Shown here: positions 1-13,279 of the stretch, piece by piece
Layout: each line of letters starts with the position of its first letter
Position numbering within the stretch: the stretch's first letter is position 1
NCBI GenBank assembly: GCA_951406725.2
Contig: OX597826.1
Coordinates: 69,440,001-69,504,000 of the forward strand
DNA: 64,000 nt
Reading direction: 5' to 3'
From: Octopus vulgaris
Lineage: Eukaryota
The notes under the pieces: generated by a model
Database searches by the model: none
The model's input: the letters and a program-made list of their open reading frames with translations, nothing else
What the model was told of the DNA's origin: nothing
Position numbers and translations under genes: made by a program

Positions 1-222
1 ACACCGTCACCCAGAGTTGCTGGCCTTGTGCTAAAATTTGAAATCAATACCAATTCCACGACTATTTCCCTGTTTGGTTGCCTGTACAGGATAAAGTGAA
101 GGAGAGAGTGAAAGAAACAGATTACAGAACTTGACTGATATTTTATCGATTGCAGAAAGGATTTAAAGCAAAGCTGACGCCGTGGGTATTTGAACTCTGA
201 ACACAAAGAATCCAAAAAAAAA

Positions 223-223
<1 letters not shown>

Positions 224-281
<58 letters not shown>

Positions 282-417
282 CAACAACAACAATAATAAT
301 AATAATAATAATAACAACAACAACAACAACAATAATAATAATAATAATAATAACAACAACAACAACAACAACAATAATAATAATAACAACAACAACAATA
401 ATAATAATAATAATAAC
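224..417. repeat. (AAT)n/(AAC)n trinucleotide microsatellite
   Basis: Direct reading; it produces the poly-N, poly-Y and poly-C artefact ORFs. Confidence 0.97.
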
Positions 418-1126
418 TAATGCAAGTCACAGTTATCTGACACACTAACGTTTGTCAATCGAAAGCATATTTTTTTTTATATGCGTATATTATGGTAATT
501 TCATGCATAATCTTGGTTTATCTATCACTGTTACAATTGTTTCTATAGATACAATTATATATTAATAAGGAGATTGTATTCTAGAGAGAATAATTATTTT
601 CTTTCTAGCATTGCAAAAACGAAACAAAAAAAAAATGTAAAAACTAAATGAAAAAGGAAGAAAAACAAGAAGGAAAGAAACCATGTTCTGTGATGTATTC
701 AGATGCGGTGTATATAATCAAAAACTACTTTGATAATTTTATTTTTATTTTGTATTGTATGTATTACATAGAATCACCAGTCTTTATCCTTTACATATTG
801 TTTCCACACTTACATATAGGAACTATCACAAACGGTCATCACTACGCATGGGTAGTATTATATACGATCACAACTACATAGTGTCTCGATTACATCCAAG
901 CGCTACTACATACAGTCACCATCACATGCAGTATTAATTACTACTGTATAGAGTCACAATTTCATACAAGCACTATCGCATACAGTCACAATTACGTAGA
1001 AACTGCTACACACAAGGACGTCTATATACAGCCACCACGAAATAAGCTCACCATTGAATAATAGACACACCATCCGTCAGCTTGCCGCCTTACACACAAG
1101 CAATATTATTATTATTATCATTATTA

Positions 1127-1352
1127 AGGCGACGATCTGTCAGAAACGTTAGCACGCCGGGCGAAATGGTTAGTACTATTTCGTCTGTCTTTACGTTCTG
1201 AGTTCAAATTCCACCGATGTCGATTTTACCTTTCATCCTTTCGGAGTCGATAAATTAAGTACCAGTTGCGTACTGGGGTTGCTCTAATCGACTGCACCCC
1301 CTCCCCATTCTCCAAAACTTTCGGATCTTGTGCCTAGAGTAGAAAAGAATAT
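1127..1352 (+). mobile_element. tRNA-derived SINE, Nin-domain family (family N)
   Basis: Head aaggcgacgatctgtcagaaacgttagc with B-box-like gagttcaaattcc. Central cctttcatcctttcggagtcgataaattaagtaccag resembles the Nin-SINE domain. Tail gtgcctagagtagaaaag. Many copies in the window. Confidence 0.85.
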
Positions 1353-1754
1353 TACCGTTATCATTGAGTGGTGGTCCGCGGACCGGTACCGTTCCGCGAG
1401 CTACCAGCTGCCGGTATGCAGCGTGTTTCCAGAAAAGAAAGAAACATCATTGCATATTGTCACCACAATGTACAAGCACAATCGCATACATTCACTATTG
1501 CATACAAGCACAACCCCAACTTATACGCAGGCTCTGCGGAGAAGGAAAATACATGCGGACGGAAAAGGTCACTGAAGAGGTCACAGATGTGTGACGAAAG
1601 ATCTCCGGACAATGAACATAAGATAAAATAAGAAGAGTAATAAACGAGTGGAGAACGAATATATAGTGCGTGTGTTTTATTTAGCAAAAAAAAAATGTCT
1701 ATCCCGAAATATAACAATGCATTTAATGAAACTTAGCATTATATGTTTTTATGA

Positions 1755-2220
1755 TTGTCTGTCGAGGTGACGATGACCATCTAGTCATCGTGGAGCTTGC
1801 ACAGTGACTCTGTTTAAAGGGAGGCACAGTTGTGCACAGTCAACCTCACTTCTACGCCCGTGACTTTCTGCAATCCAGTGGTAGGACTGGCGATAGAAGC
1901 GAATGTAGTACATGAACAAGACGTCTTGCATTCCCCATCTTGCTTTCTGCACTCTATAATGCTTTGTTGCAGCCGCATTTCTCTCCGTTGAACCATGAAG
2001 GTTTCTTCCGCAAAATCCGACAGATCCTGTCTTCAAATGCACAAGGAGGCAAACTCTAAGTCAGGAAGACTCACATGCCCTTTAGCTACCATCATCTGGT
2101 TTATCCCACCAGTTGAAGCATTTTACCGGGACGTGGTTGCTGTTACATGAAAACAGTTACATGGAGCCACAGGTGAGAATACGACGCATTTCCTCCACCA
2201 AAGGTGCTACTCCTCCCTAA
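1755..2220 (-). mobile_element. Degenerate RTE-clade LINE derivative
   Basis: The minus strand ends ...gatggtcatcgtcacctcgacagac, which resembles an RTE 3' end, after a basic/Cys C-terminal-like stretch. The 2090-2220 part resembles RTE 5' UTRs. Recognition is by resemblance only. Confidence 0.4.
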
Positions 2221-2240
2221 CATTCCATACCATTATATAC

Positions 2241-2908
2241 AGGCTCTATCACAAAGTGTCATCGTTACAGTTATGGCGGACTCCCACAGGTGAGAAGCGG
2301 GCTGGTTCACTACTAATAAATAGTGGACTTACACAAGGCTCTATCACAAAGTGTCATCGTTACAGTTGTGGCGACTCCCACAGGTGAGAAGCGGGCTGGT
2401 TCACTACTAATAAATAGTGGACCTACACAGTCAGTAATGTCAATCTGCAGTGTTTTTTGGTTGAAATCTTTACGATTGAAGTAAGTGTATTGTTATAATT
2501 GTTAAAGGTCTCTCCTCGTGGGTGTACCACGTTTGTTCCTCGTTGAAATACTGTTTTCTCTAACGAGTGTTTGTTGAATTGTTTTTTCTTCCCGTTTATA
2601 TGAGAACCAGCGAAACGAAGTGTAATGGAGACTGAACCATCGAAGAGTCATAGTTATGCGGCTGCAACTGGCAAAGGAATTGAAGTAGAAACTTTGGAGG
2701 TTCGAGAAATTAAAATAGAGCCGACAGAATGCGGCAAGCTAAATGGTAGTGCATGTGAGTGGGGCACGTGCAGCCATTTCATCAAACCTCGATTCATTGT
2801 ATATTTTTTTCATTTTGCATTCGTTTTATGTTTTTTGTCCCCACTGTGGTGTTCTGTCTGTCCTTGGGCTGTCCCTTCTGTGTTACAGCCTGAGTGCTGA
2901 ATAAAAGA
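2241..2908 (+). mobile_element. Short internally deleted LINE-like element (L1/Tx1-like ORF1 start fused to a 3' UTR)
   Basis: A 95-bp tandem duplication (2241-2335, 2336-2429) precedes an ORF starting METEPSKSHSYAAATGK (SYAAA is typical of LINE ORF1). The ORF runs into a T-rich 3' UTR ending in AATAAA at about 2900. Confidence 0.45.
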
Positions 2909-3228
2909 GTTACAATCGGCAAAGGTACGCCGTTCGAACCAGTCCAGCAGAGACGACGGGATACGTTGTCAGGATGGGACAAATCAGTTGCATAGAATCA
3001 CCACTTCACGAATACCAACATTATATAAACCATCAATATTGTATACGTGTATGAATGTATACTCACGTCATATCATGTGTATGTTCACTATGATATCGCA
3101 TATTGTCAATACTAGATAAAGCCATTATCACATAGAGTTACCACTTCATACAATCACAGCTACGCCCAAGTACTACGACATATAGCTCCGGTTACAGTCA
3201 CAATTCTTATAATGTAACGAGGCAATTT

Positions 3229-3540
3229 GGAGGCGCAATGGCCCAGTGGTTTAGGGCAGCGGACTCGCGGTCAGAGGATCGCGGTTTCGATAACTAGACC
3301 GGGCATTGTGTGTGTTTATTGAGCGAAAACACCTAAAGCTCCACGAGGCTTCAGCAGGGGGGGGGGCGACCCCTGTTGTACTTTTTCGCCCTAACTTTCT
3401 TTCACTCTCTCTACCTGTTTCTTGAGTAACGCTGCGATGGACTGGCGTCCTGTCCAGCTGGGGAACCCATACGCCACAGAAACCGGGAAACCGGGCCCAT
3501 GAACCTGGCTAGGCTTGAAAAGGGCGCATAAAAAAATAAT
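3229..3540 (+). mobile_element. tRNA-derived SINE, OR-like head (tail type 1)
   Basis: tRNA-like head ggaggcgcaatggcccagtggtttagggcagcggactcgcggtc...ggtttcga with A/B boxes and an A-rich tail. Imperfect TSD aacgaggcaattt / aacgaggtattt. Confidence 0.85.
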
Positions 3541-4371
3541 AAACGAGGTATTTAAGGTGTCTGCGTGTGGTTGTTTGACTTGCTAATAGCCGCAGCTAAA
3601 GAGCCCTGAAATCATAGCTTATTGTCTGAAAAACTCATCACATGTTTGATGATATAGACTTGGACACCATACACATAAACAAAAAAAAAAGACACTTGAT
3701 GGTCATGGTTGGAGCGACTTGTTTAATCGTCGGTCTTATTAGGGTTAAAGAACAAACAACAGCAACAATTTCAAGAACATAGATTGTGAATTCCATTGGT
3801 ACTTATTTGCGCGGTTAATGTATCAGACTCCGGTTTTTCCAATCAATACTGTGCACATCCACCACCACGACCACCACCAACCACGACCACCACCACCACC
3901 ACCACTCGCACTGCACAGATCCTCCCCCCCCCCCAATCTCAAACCTCAAACCTCCACGCATCCCCAAACCATAGCAACACACCAACCTAACCACCCACCC
4001 ATCCACACATACATCTTTCAGTGCTCAATCTTTCATCCGTGCCAACCCCCCACATCATGTTTCGTTTGATCTCTCTTTCTCCCAATCTCTCTCTCTCTCT
4101 CTCTCTCTCCCTTTAACTCTTTCTCCCTCTCTCTTCTTCTCGCTTCCTAACTATCTCTCTGTCTCCCCCCCTCCCGTCCTTATATCTTTTTCTTATCTCC
4201 CCGCCTCCCGTCTCCCCCTCACACTGTACCCAAAATACGCACATAAATACAAAAATACGTATGTGTATATATGTATATTAGTATATATATCTACATATAT
4301 GTATATACGCATATATATATATATATGAGATAAATATGTATGAATATAAAGATAAACAAACATCCATATAG

Positions 4372-4417
<46 letters not shown>

Positions 4418-4477
4418 TTATACTACATTGTGTGTGTGTGGTTTCTGTCATACGCGTGTCCGTGTTTCCGAGTATAT

Positions 4478-4532
<55 letters not shown>

Positions 4533-4720
4533 CCAACATATATGTATACATATATATATATATATGTACGTGTTTATATGCATACGTCTATATATATATA
4601 TATAGATATATATATATATAAAAGCTTATATATATATACACACATATATATATATACGTATATTTATATGTGTGTATATATTTATATATATATATATATA
4701 TATATATACGTATATATATA

Positions 4721-4778
<58 letters not shown>

Positions 4779-5268
4779 CACACACTCCTTCATTGCTATT
4801 CCTCTAACCGCGCTCCATCCCTCCATCTTAACATTCTTATAGTTATAGCCGTAGTCGTAGCTGTAGAAATGGTTCTTGATAGTTTTTCCTATTATGTTTA
4901 TTTATCTATCTACATTATTATTCACCATCAACTCGTAAATTAATTACCAACCATTGGTCACCTGACCTGTCTAGGATCGAATTTAAACAAAACATTGATT
5001 GGACCGCGATAGCTTCTCCTTTGTGTCAATGAAACTCAACCATGTGGTGACGAATAAATTATGTTCTGGGTTTTTTTATGTCGCTTCTGTTGGTTTAGCT
5101 TTTCCTTTTGCTTTTTTTTTTTTTGTTCGTTCCTTCGTTCGTTTACTTTTTGTGTCATAAAAGCCTTGCCAGTCGTGATCACAGCATAGACATAGATCAC
5201 TGATGTGACGAATTAACTACACACACACATGAGCACACACACATACACCATATATGTATGTATGTATA

Positions 5269-5314
<46 letters not shown>

Positions 5315-5392
5315 ACATATATATATCTATGTATATATACATATATACACAGGCGTATTTAGGTATTTGTGTATATAATATGATATACAGAA

Positions 5393-5524
<132 letters not shown>

Positions 5525-5996
5525 AAGATAGATAGATAGAAAGATACATCCATGCATACACACATATGTAAATATATACACACACATACGCTCATATTTA
5601 CATTCACATACTTAAAGAGGTAGATAGACAGACTGATACGTAGACATACTCATACATACATATACATACATAACATACACATACATACATATACATATAC
5701 ATATACATACAAATGCATACAAATACATACATATACATACAAATACATACAAATATATACATATATATACAATACATACAAATATATACATATACATACA
5801 AATACATACATACATTAGAGTTCTGAACCCAGCAATGCAGGACTGTATATTGTGGAAAAAAATTGTCAATGCAGTTCCGACCAGCCATACATAGGTTGGT
5901 TCGAAGGATGATGATGAGGAATACATACATACTTAGACGTATATTTCTATTACTGCTTTTGTTGTGGTCATTATTATTGTTGTTATTATTATTATT

Positions 5997-6520
5997 GAGA
6001 CCCCTTTCGGTCCGGGCAAGGTTGTTTATGGAAGACCAGTAGTCGCCCATGCATACCTATTTCTTTACTACCCACAAGGGGCTAAACACAGAGAAGACAA
6101 ACATGAACAAACAAACGGATTAAGTCGATTATATCGACCCCAGTGCGTAACTAGTACTTATTTAATCGACCCCGAAAGGATGAAAGGCAAGGTCGACCTA
6201 GGCGGAATTTGCACTCAGAACGTAACGGCTGACGAAATACGGCTAAGCATTTCGCCCGGCGTGCTAACGTTTCTGCCTACTCGCCCATGCATACCGGCTT
6301 CCCCACTCCACGCCACCAGTGTTATCCAAGGGAAAGGCAACAGCAGATACAGCTTGGCACCAATGATATCACAACTCATTTCTACAGATGAGTGAACTGC
6401 AGCAACGTGAAACAAAGTGTCTTACACAAGAACACAACACGCAGCCCGGTCCGGGATTCGAGCTCAAAACCTCACGATCATAAGCTTGACGCTCTAACCA
6501 CTGAGCTATGCGCCTTCACT
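5997..6520 (-). mobile_element. tRNA-derived SINE (fourth family) interrupted by a family N SINE
   Basis: Minus-strand head gtgaaggcgcatagctcagtggttagagcg...gagctcgaatcccgg, followed by a gtgttcttgtgtaagacacttt core. The body continues on both sides of 6058-6280. Confidence 0.8.
6058..6280 (-). mobile_element. Family N (Nin) SINE nested in another SINE
   Basis: Full head-Nin-tail copy flanked by the 15-bp direct repeat tcgcccatgcatacc (6043-6057, 6281-6295). Confidence 0.92.
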
Positions 6521-6529
6521 ATTATTATT

Positions 6530-6567
<38 letters not shown>

Positions 6568-7253
6568 CGTCGTTGTTTTTGTTGTTGTTGTTGTTATTGT
6601 TGTTATTAATATCATCATCATCCTCATAATCATCATTACCATCGTCATTATTTTCATTATTATTACTACTACTACGAGAAGATTAAACTTCAAAAGTCCA
6701 AAGTAACTCGTTTCACGCTACCGATCATTCATACGACTGAAATGGAGTAGCGTGACAATGAAGAAACAAAATATTCTAAAATTCGAAATTTGACTATTCA
6801 TCCAAAAAAGAAAAAAAATTAACGATATGATACAGAGAAAATAAAATAATACGTAGAAAATGGTTTATGCATTTTCTGTTCAACATTCTTGAGCAAACCA
6901 TTTGATATATGTGTGTATATGCGCATGTGTGTGCGCGTGTGTGGGTGTGTGTGTGAGTGTGTGTCTGTGTGTGCGTGTGTGTGTATGTGTGCATTTATAT
7001 ATGTATATACATATGTATACGTTTACATATACATATTTATATTCATATAGATATACATATATATACATATCTATGTATATACTTATGCGTATAAGTATAT
7101 AGGTATGTGTGTGTGCGTGTATACATACATAAATAGACGGACAAACAAGTATACAGACGACAAACAGACAGACATATACGTATATATGTATATATATATA
7201 TATATGCGTATATACATATATGTATATATATATTCTAATAAATAAATAAATAA

Positions 7254-7353
<100 letters not shown>

Positions 7354-7459
7354 ACATATTCATCCATTCGCATACAAAACACGTATATTCTCATATCTTA
7401 AATATGATATGTATGAACACTGGGAAGAAAGGAAGTCAGCGATTTAAAAGAAATTAATG

Positions 7460-7930
7460 TTTTTTATGCGAACATTTTTCAGTATGGAGAATCCATTACG
7501 TCGGAAATAAATTATTTTAACCAGTTGTTAGTTTGAATTACATCAATATATAGCATTAGAAGAATCACCAACAAATCCATTTTCAAGATTTTTTAGGAAA
7601 TTGTAATCTCCAAGAGACGAAAATGGCTTGTTCCTGTGCGATTAATGTCGGAGAATGTATATTATATATAGAACTGATCGGTCGCATTCAAATTTTCATC
7701 ATTTATACTCAGGATATATCTGGATAGTACGGTGGACAGGCATCGCTTTGAATGCCCAAATTTATATTTATTTTGCCAGAAACTTTTCTTAATTGAATTT
7801 TCAGAAATTCATATATAAATATATTTTTCACTTATAATTGAAAGAGAGATGGTTTTAAATAAATTCATGCACCGTTAAGAGAACATATATTAGAGTTGGT
7901 ACCTTTACAAAGAGGAAGAAAGTTTTACCT
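7460..7930 (-). pseudogene. Penelope-like element 3' relic (GIY-YIG endonuclease)
   Basis: The minus strand reads C..NICSLNG, then EKYIYI*ISENSIKKSFWQNKYKFGHSKRCLSTVLSRYILSINDENLN. The TGA sits at the G of YIG, and the stretch matches the YIG..E..FK.R...HK..F...T.LS.YI pattern of PLE endonucleases. Confidence 0.75.
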
Positions 7931-8028
7931 TATGAATTGTGAATATATCTTCTGTTTGTACTGGATGTAGAATTAACGAAATTTTTTTTGCAACAGCAAC
8001 TTACCTTTGAGTTACGTCGATTAAAACA

Positions 8029-8065
<37 letters not shown>

Positions 8066-8535
8066 CATGGGGAAATGCTTTTTGGTGAAGTCAAACAAAA
8101 TCCTGACCATATTGGAACAAAAATTTAAATTACAAAGGGGATTGTACCATATGATATTTTGTTCTCTGCTTTTATGTTTATGAATATTTGTGCTATTATG
8201 TATGTAGTGTATTCTTTCCTCGTAACCAGCGCCATTTTATTCTCGATTTGTGAATGAGCAATACGATTGAAGTTTGCATCACCAGTCAAATTGGATAAGT
8301 ACATGAGAATATTAATAACTAATTTTAAAGATTATTAACAGATGGTTTAATACTAAAATATTGGAATTGCTGTTAGATTTCCGATAAGTATAGTATTTAG
8401 CAGTATTAAATTAGCAGTTATATCAAGGAAATAAACTATACTTAGAATTGCGTCGACCATGACTTTTAATTCTAACTTTATGTGTAGACACTACAACCAC
8501 ACACTCCCAAATACACATATATTTGTATAAGTATA

Positions 8536-8587
<52 letters not shown>

Positions 8588-8851
8588 TATATACATATAT
8601 ATATACATATATATACATATATATATACATATATATACATATATATATACATATATATACATATATATATACATACATACATATATATATATAATACATA
8701 CATATATACACGCATGTACATGCATGCATATATGTATGTATATAAGCTATCTTCTAAATTACGCAAACATGAAAATAACACTGACATCTCATTTTAACAG
8801 ATATATTTGCTAAAATTGCATTAAAATTTCCTGAAATGCTAAAGAGTAAAC

Positions 8852-9472
8852 TTATCCAGTAAAATTGCCATTGGCTTCACCTACAGTCACCAGAGGGCTT
8901 CGAAATCTCCTGCAACACTTCTGGACGGCCTACATGTTTAAGTTGGTGAATGCTGCCATAATCCTTGCCTTCAGATCATCTTTGCTGTTACAAGGAGTTT
9001 TGTTGGTCTCTCGCTCAACTGCGCTCCACACAAAATAATCAAGGCGATTGCAGTCTGAGGAGTTAGGTGACCAGATGTTAGGGGTGATATGGTCCAGAAA
9101 TTTTCTGACAGCCATGACTGGATTCTACTGCTTGCGTGGTATGGTGCAGAGTTCTGTTGCCAGATATAGGGCCTTGCAGAAGCAACCCTCTTGACCTAAG
9201 GAAGCAGCAACATCCTCATCCAGGCTCTTGATGTGGGCTTCTGTGTTGAGTCTGAGACCGTGTGGAAAGATGAATAGAGGTACAACGTCACCATCACTAC
9301 TGATTACTCCAAACACCATGATGTTGACTGGATGTTGGCTTTTTATACCTCTTGGTAATGTCCTCAGATTGACACCCAAACACTCTGAGATGTTCGTTTT
9401 GGGGCTTCCGGCGCGAATGCCAAGCAGTACAGCATGTCGTTTCCAAATTTCTCGCAGAGTGTATTGTGTCAT
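8852..9472 (-). pseudogene. Tc1/mariner superfamily DD37D (maT) transposase, internally deleted and frameshifted
   Basis: Motifs KSQHPVNIMVFGVISSDG, PYIWQQNSAPYH and WSPNSSDCNRLDYFVW. There are 37 residues between the second (D>N) and third catalytic positions after correcting a 1-nt deletion. Confidence 0.88.
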
Positions 9473-9850
9473 GGTGCTGTCTTTCTCACAGACGTTGACC
9501 AATTCACTACAGTGATAGAGAGTGCAAAGTGGTACCGACATTCCTAGAAATATGAGTCAAACTGACTCATTAGCCACAAGAGCACTATCTTAATAAACTG
9601 ACAAGGGAGACAAAGCTCCCTACGGTCGCAGACATGGCCATATCACCGGTGATTTCGAATTTTGATAGAGAACATCTTAATTCTCATCGGTGGATCTTAA
9701 CGCGTCCAGGGTTAAACTCAGCTCGTCAAAACATGTGGTGATTCCAAAAATGGTAGAAGTGAAAATTATAAATAATGCTAGCGGCTTATTATCAATTTAA
9801 CAACCTAAAGGCAGATTTATAGACGCCACTAAAGCAACAGAGGCTACAAA

Positions 9851-9962
9851 GTGGTACCGGTGTTGCTAGAAATTAGAGTCAAACCGATTCATTAGCCACA
9901 GGATAGTGCTCTCGAGGGTAATGAGTCGGTTTGACTCTTATTTTTAGCAATACCGGTACTAC
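9851..9962. repeat. Inverted repeat with 44-bp arms and a 24-nt loop
   Basis: Arm 9851-9894 is the reverse complement of 9919-9962 with 5 differences. A third copy of the arm lies at about 9529-9572. Confidence 0.92.
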
Positions 9963-10399
9963 AAGATAGTGCTCTTGCAAGCTGTACTATTTGCAAAGCT
10001 GTTTATTTTTATCGTTTGAATTCTTTGATGACTACTTTCAATTATGCATAGTTTAATGTTAACGCCTAAAGCATCTTCGACTTCAATTGGGTCCTCTTTA
10101 GTAACCGTATTTTATAAAGAGCAATGGGATACGCAACAGTGCTAACGACCATAGGATTAAGATTTCTGCAGGCTGTTCTATGCCTCTCGTGTGTTTTCAT
10201 AAGCGAAGGAATTGGGAATGGTGTTTCGTAGTCCAGATGCACATGATACGACAACCACCTCAAAGACAGTAACCATCTGTGAGAATAAAAGCTCCATTAT
10301 CCACGTTGGCAGAAAATATACACTCACAATTAAGATGACACTTAGTGTCCCATTACATAAATATGTGTATAGATATATGTATACATAAATTCATCCATC

Positions 10400-10639
10400 C
10401 ATCCATCCATCCATACATACATACATACATACATACATACATACATACATACATACATACATACATACATACATACACATATACATACATAGACAGACAG
10501 ACGGATGGATGGATGGGTAGATGGATGACTAGACAGATAGACCAAATGATCGATAGATAGATAGATAAATTACAAAGACAGACATACAGACAGAAACATA
10601 GATAGATAGACAGACAGATAGATAGATAGATAGATAGAG

Positions 10640-10715
<76 letters not shown>

Positions 10716-10718
10716 GAT

Positions 10719-10812
<94 letters not shown>

Positions 10813-10822
10813 AATAGATAGA
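10400..10822. repeat. (CATA)n and (GATA)n tetranucleotide microsatellites
   Basis: Direct reading. Confidence 0.95.
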
Positions 10823-12114
10823 TGGGCAAGCAGGATGTAGTACTACTCCATGAATAGAGATTCAGGATTCAAGTACACACTGAATGTTGTTTCAAGTACA
10901 CACTGGACTGTGTTGCTTGCTAAAGATACATGGTGCAACGTTCTCCGTTATGATCTTCTGAATATTTGTGACAACTTGTTCCATCAGAGATTATATAGGG
11001 CAAACTGATAAACCAAGAATTACCACGAAAACGCATCAAGTATTTTCGAATTTCCGGGCGCATGAGCCACATAAGCTGATCACTCCTTCTGTCAGCATGC
11101 GGCCATTTTGTTTCAGCGTTCTCTCAACATCCCCAACTCTCTCTCTCTGTCTCTCTCTGCATCACTCCCCCCCTCTCTGTCGCTCTCCTACTGTGTCATC
11201 GCACCCTGAAGAAAAAGTACTTATAGACTTTCATTTCGGCTGCATTTCCTTAATTCTTTCATTTCTCTAAGAAATTTCCATTTCCCACTTTTATGGCGAC
11301 ATCAGAGCAGCAACAGAATAGCTTCCTCAATCTATTTCTTTTATTCTCGTATGTGTGTGTGTGCGTGCCCATGTCTATGTGTGTGTGTGTCTCCGTGTGT
11401 GTGTGTGTCTCCGTGTGTATGTGTGTGTCTGTGTGTGATTTCTTTGTTTTACTGCAATCTTACTGTATTTTTTTCTTCTTCTTTACTTTCTTTATTATAC
11501 ATCTATTCTTCCTTTGATTCCTCTAGTCTTTCTTTCTATGAAATCTTAACTTTCCGCCATCTTGTTTCTTGTTTCTTGTTTCCTTTTGTTCTCTGCTATT
11601 CACATCATTAACTTCACCTAACACTTTTCTTTTAATTAACCCAATATATATATATATATTTGTGTATGTATGTACTTATGTGTGTGAGCGCATAAAGTAT
11701 ATTTATCTACGCATATGGTGCTATACACTCACACATACACATACACACACACACGTATATGTATATATATATATATATAAATGTATATATATATATATAT
11801 GTGTGTGTGTATGTATATGTATATGTATGTATATTAATGTATGATTATATATAAATATATATATATGTGTGTATGTGTGTGTATGTATGTATATGCATTA
11901 TTGAATATATATATATGTGTGTATATGGATAATTAAAGATATATATATATATGATTATACATATATATATTTGTACTTATATGTGTGTGTATATATATAT
12001 TTTTATATACCTATATATAAAAGTATATATGCATATATATGTATTTATATACGTGTGTATGTGTGTATGGGTGTGTATACATATGTATATGTATAAATAA
12101 GTGTATATGTATAG

Positions 12115-12151
<37 letters not shown>

Positions 12152-12272
12152 CATATACATATATTTATACATGTATATGTATGAGTAAAGTATATAGACT
12201 TGTATGTATATGTGTATAATTATATATCTACGTGAGTGTATGTACGTAAGTGTGTGAATCTACGTGAGTGTA

Positions 12273-12334
<62 letters not shown>

Positions 12335-12803
12335 CATATATGTTTGTGTGATTATTTCTATTATTTCGTGTGGTGTACATTTCATATATGTCATAATACA
12401 CTGCGATAATTGTTTTTGGAAACTTTTGTCCAAAGTAAACTGTATTATTACGATCATCATCATCATCATCATAATCATCATCTTCATCATCATCATCATC
12501 ATCATCGCCATCATCATCATCATCGCCATCATCATCATCATCATCAACAACAAAATCCTCATCATGATTATTGGGGCGGCGAGCTGAAAGAAAGAATCTA
12601 TTCAGCTTCGGGAAAAAATGGTTTTTGCTGTATATCTTCAGACTTTCCACTTTCTGTGTTCAAATACTGCAGAGTCAACTTTGCCTTTTATCTCTTAAGG
12701 GTCAATAATATCATGTACCAGCGACGAACTGGAGTCGATGATGATGATGGTGACGATGATAATATCATTAATATTATTATTATCATTATTATAATTTTTG
12801 TTA

Positions 12804-13245
12804 AAGCGGCGAGGTGGCAGAATCGTTAGCACGCTGGACAAAATGCTTAGCGGTATTTCGCCCGTGGCTACTTTCTGAGTTCAAATTCCGCCGAGTTCGA
12901 CTTTGCCTTTCATTCTTTCGGTGTCGATAAATTAAGTACCACTTGCGTACTAGGTGTTGACGTAATCCACTATCCACCGCTCAAGTCTAGTGCCTATAGT
13001 AGAAATTATTATCATTTATTGTTGTTGTTGATGTTGCCTTTGCTTTTGTTGTTTTAATAAATAAAAAATACATCTTTTCTTCCTTTGATTACTTTGATTA
13101 AGCCTGAGCTTATTTAGTTATCGTTTTATTTCTTGAGTTCAAATTCCGCCGAGTTCGACTTTAGCCTTTCATTCTTTATCGGTGGTCGATAAATTAGGTA
13201 CCACTTGAGTACTGGAGGTTGATGTAATCCACTATCCACCACTTC
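12804..13245 (+). mobile_element. Family N SINE (12804-13005) plus partial second copy (13133-13245)
   Basis: Same head, Nin domain and tail as 1127-1352. Confidence 0.85.
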
Positions 13246-13279
13246 GATCAGTATGCGCTCATGAAATATTCATTAAATT

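Noticed and set aside
2241-2432. HDV-like ribozyme in the 95-bp unit
   Set aside because: An L3-like tcccacag and a P4-like hairpin exist, but P1, P2, P3 and the J4/2 CNRA cannot all be formed in the correct order.
3229-3305. tRNA gene (also at 6440-6520 and 14740-14813)
   Set aside because: These are SINE heads that continue into SINE bodies and lack a proper acceptor stem.
8335-8382. Hammerhead-like taacagatgg...ggaattgctgttag hairpin and possible PLE relic at 8062-8500
   Set aside because: Both core halves are mismatched and the peptide similarity is too weak to support.
10066-10290. Possible minus-strand exon after ttttattctcacag
   Set aside because: No recognisable protein in any frame and no convincing donor site.
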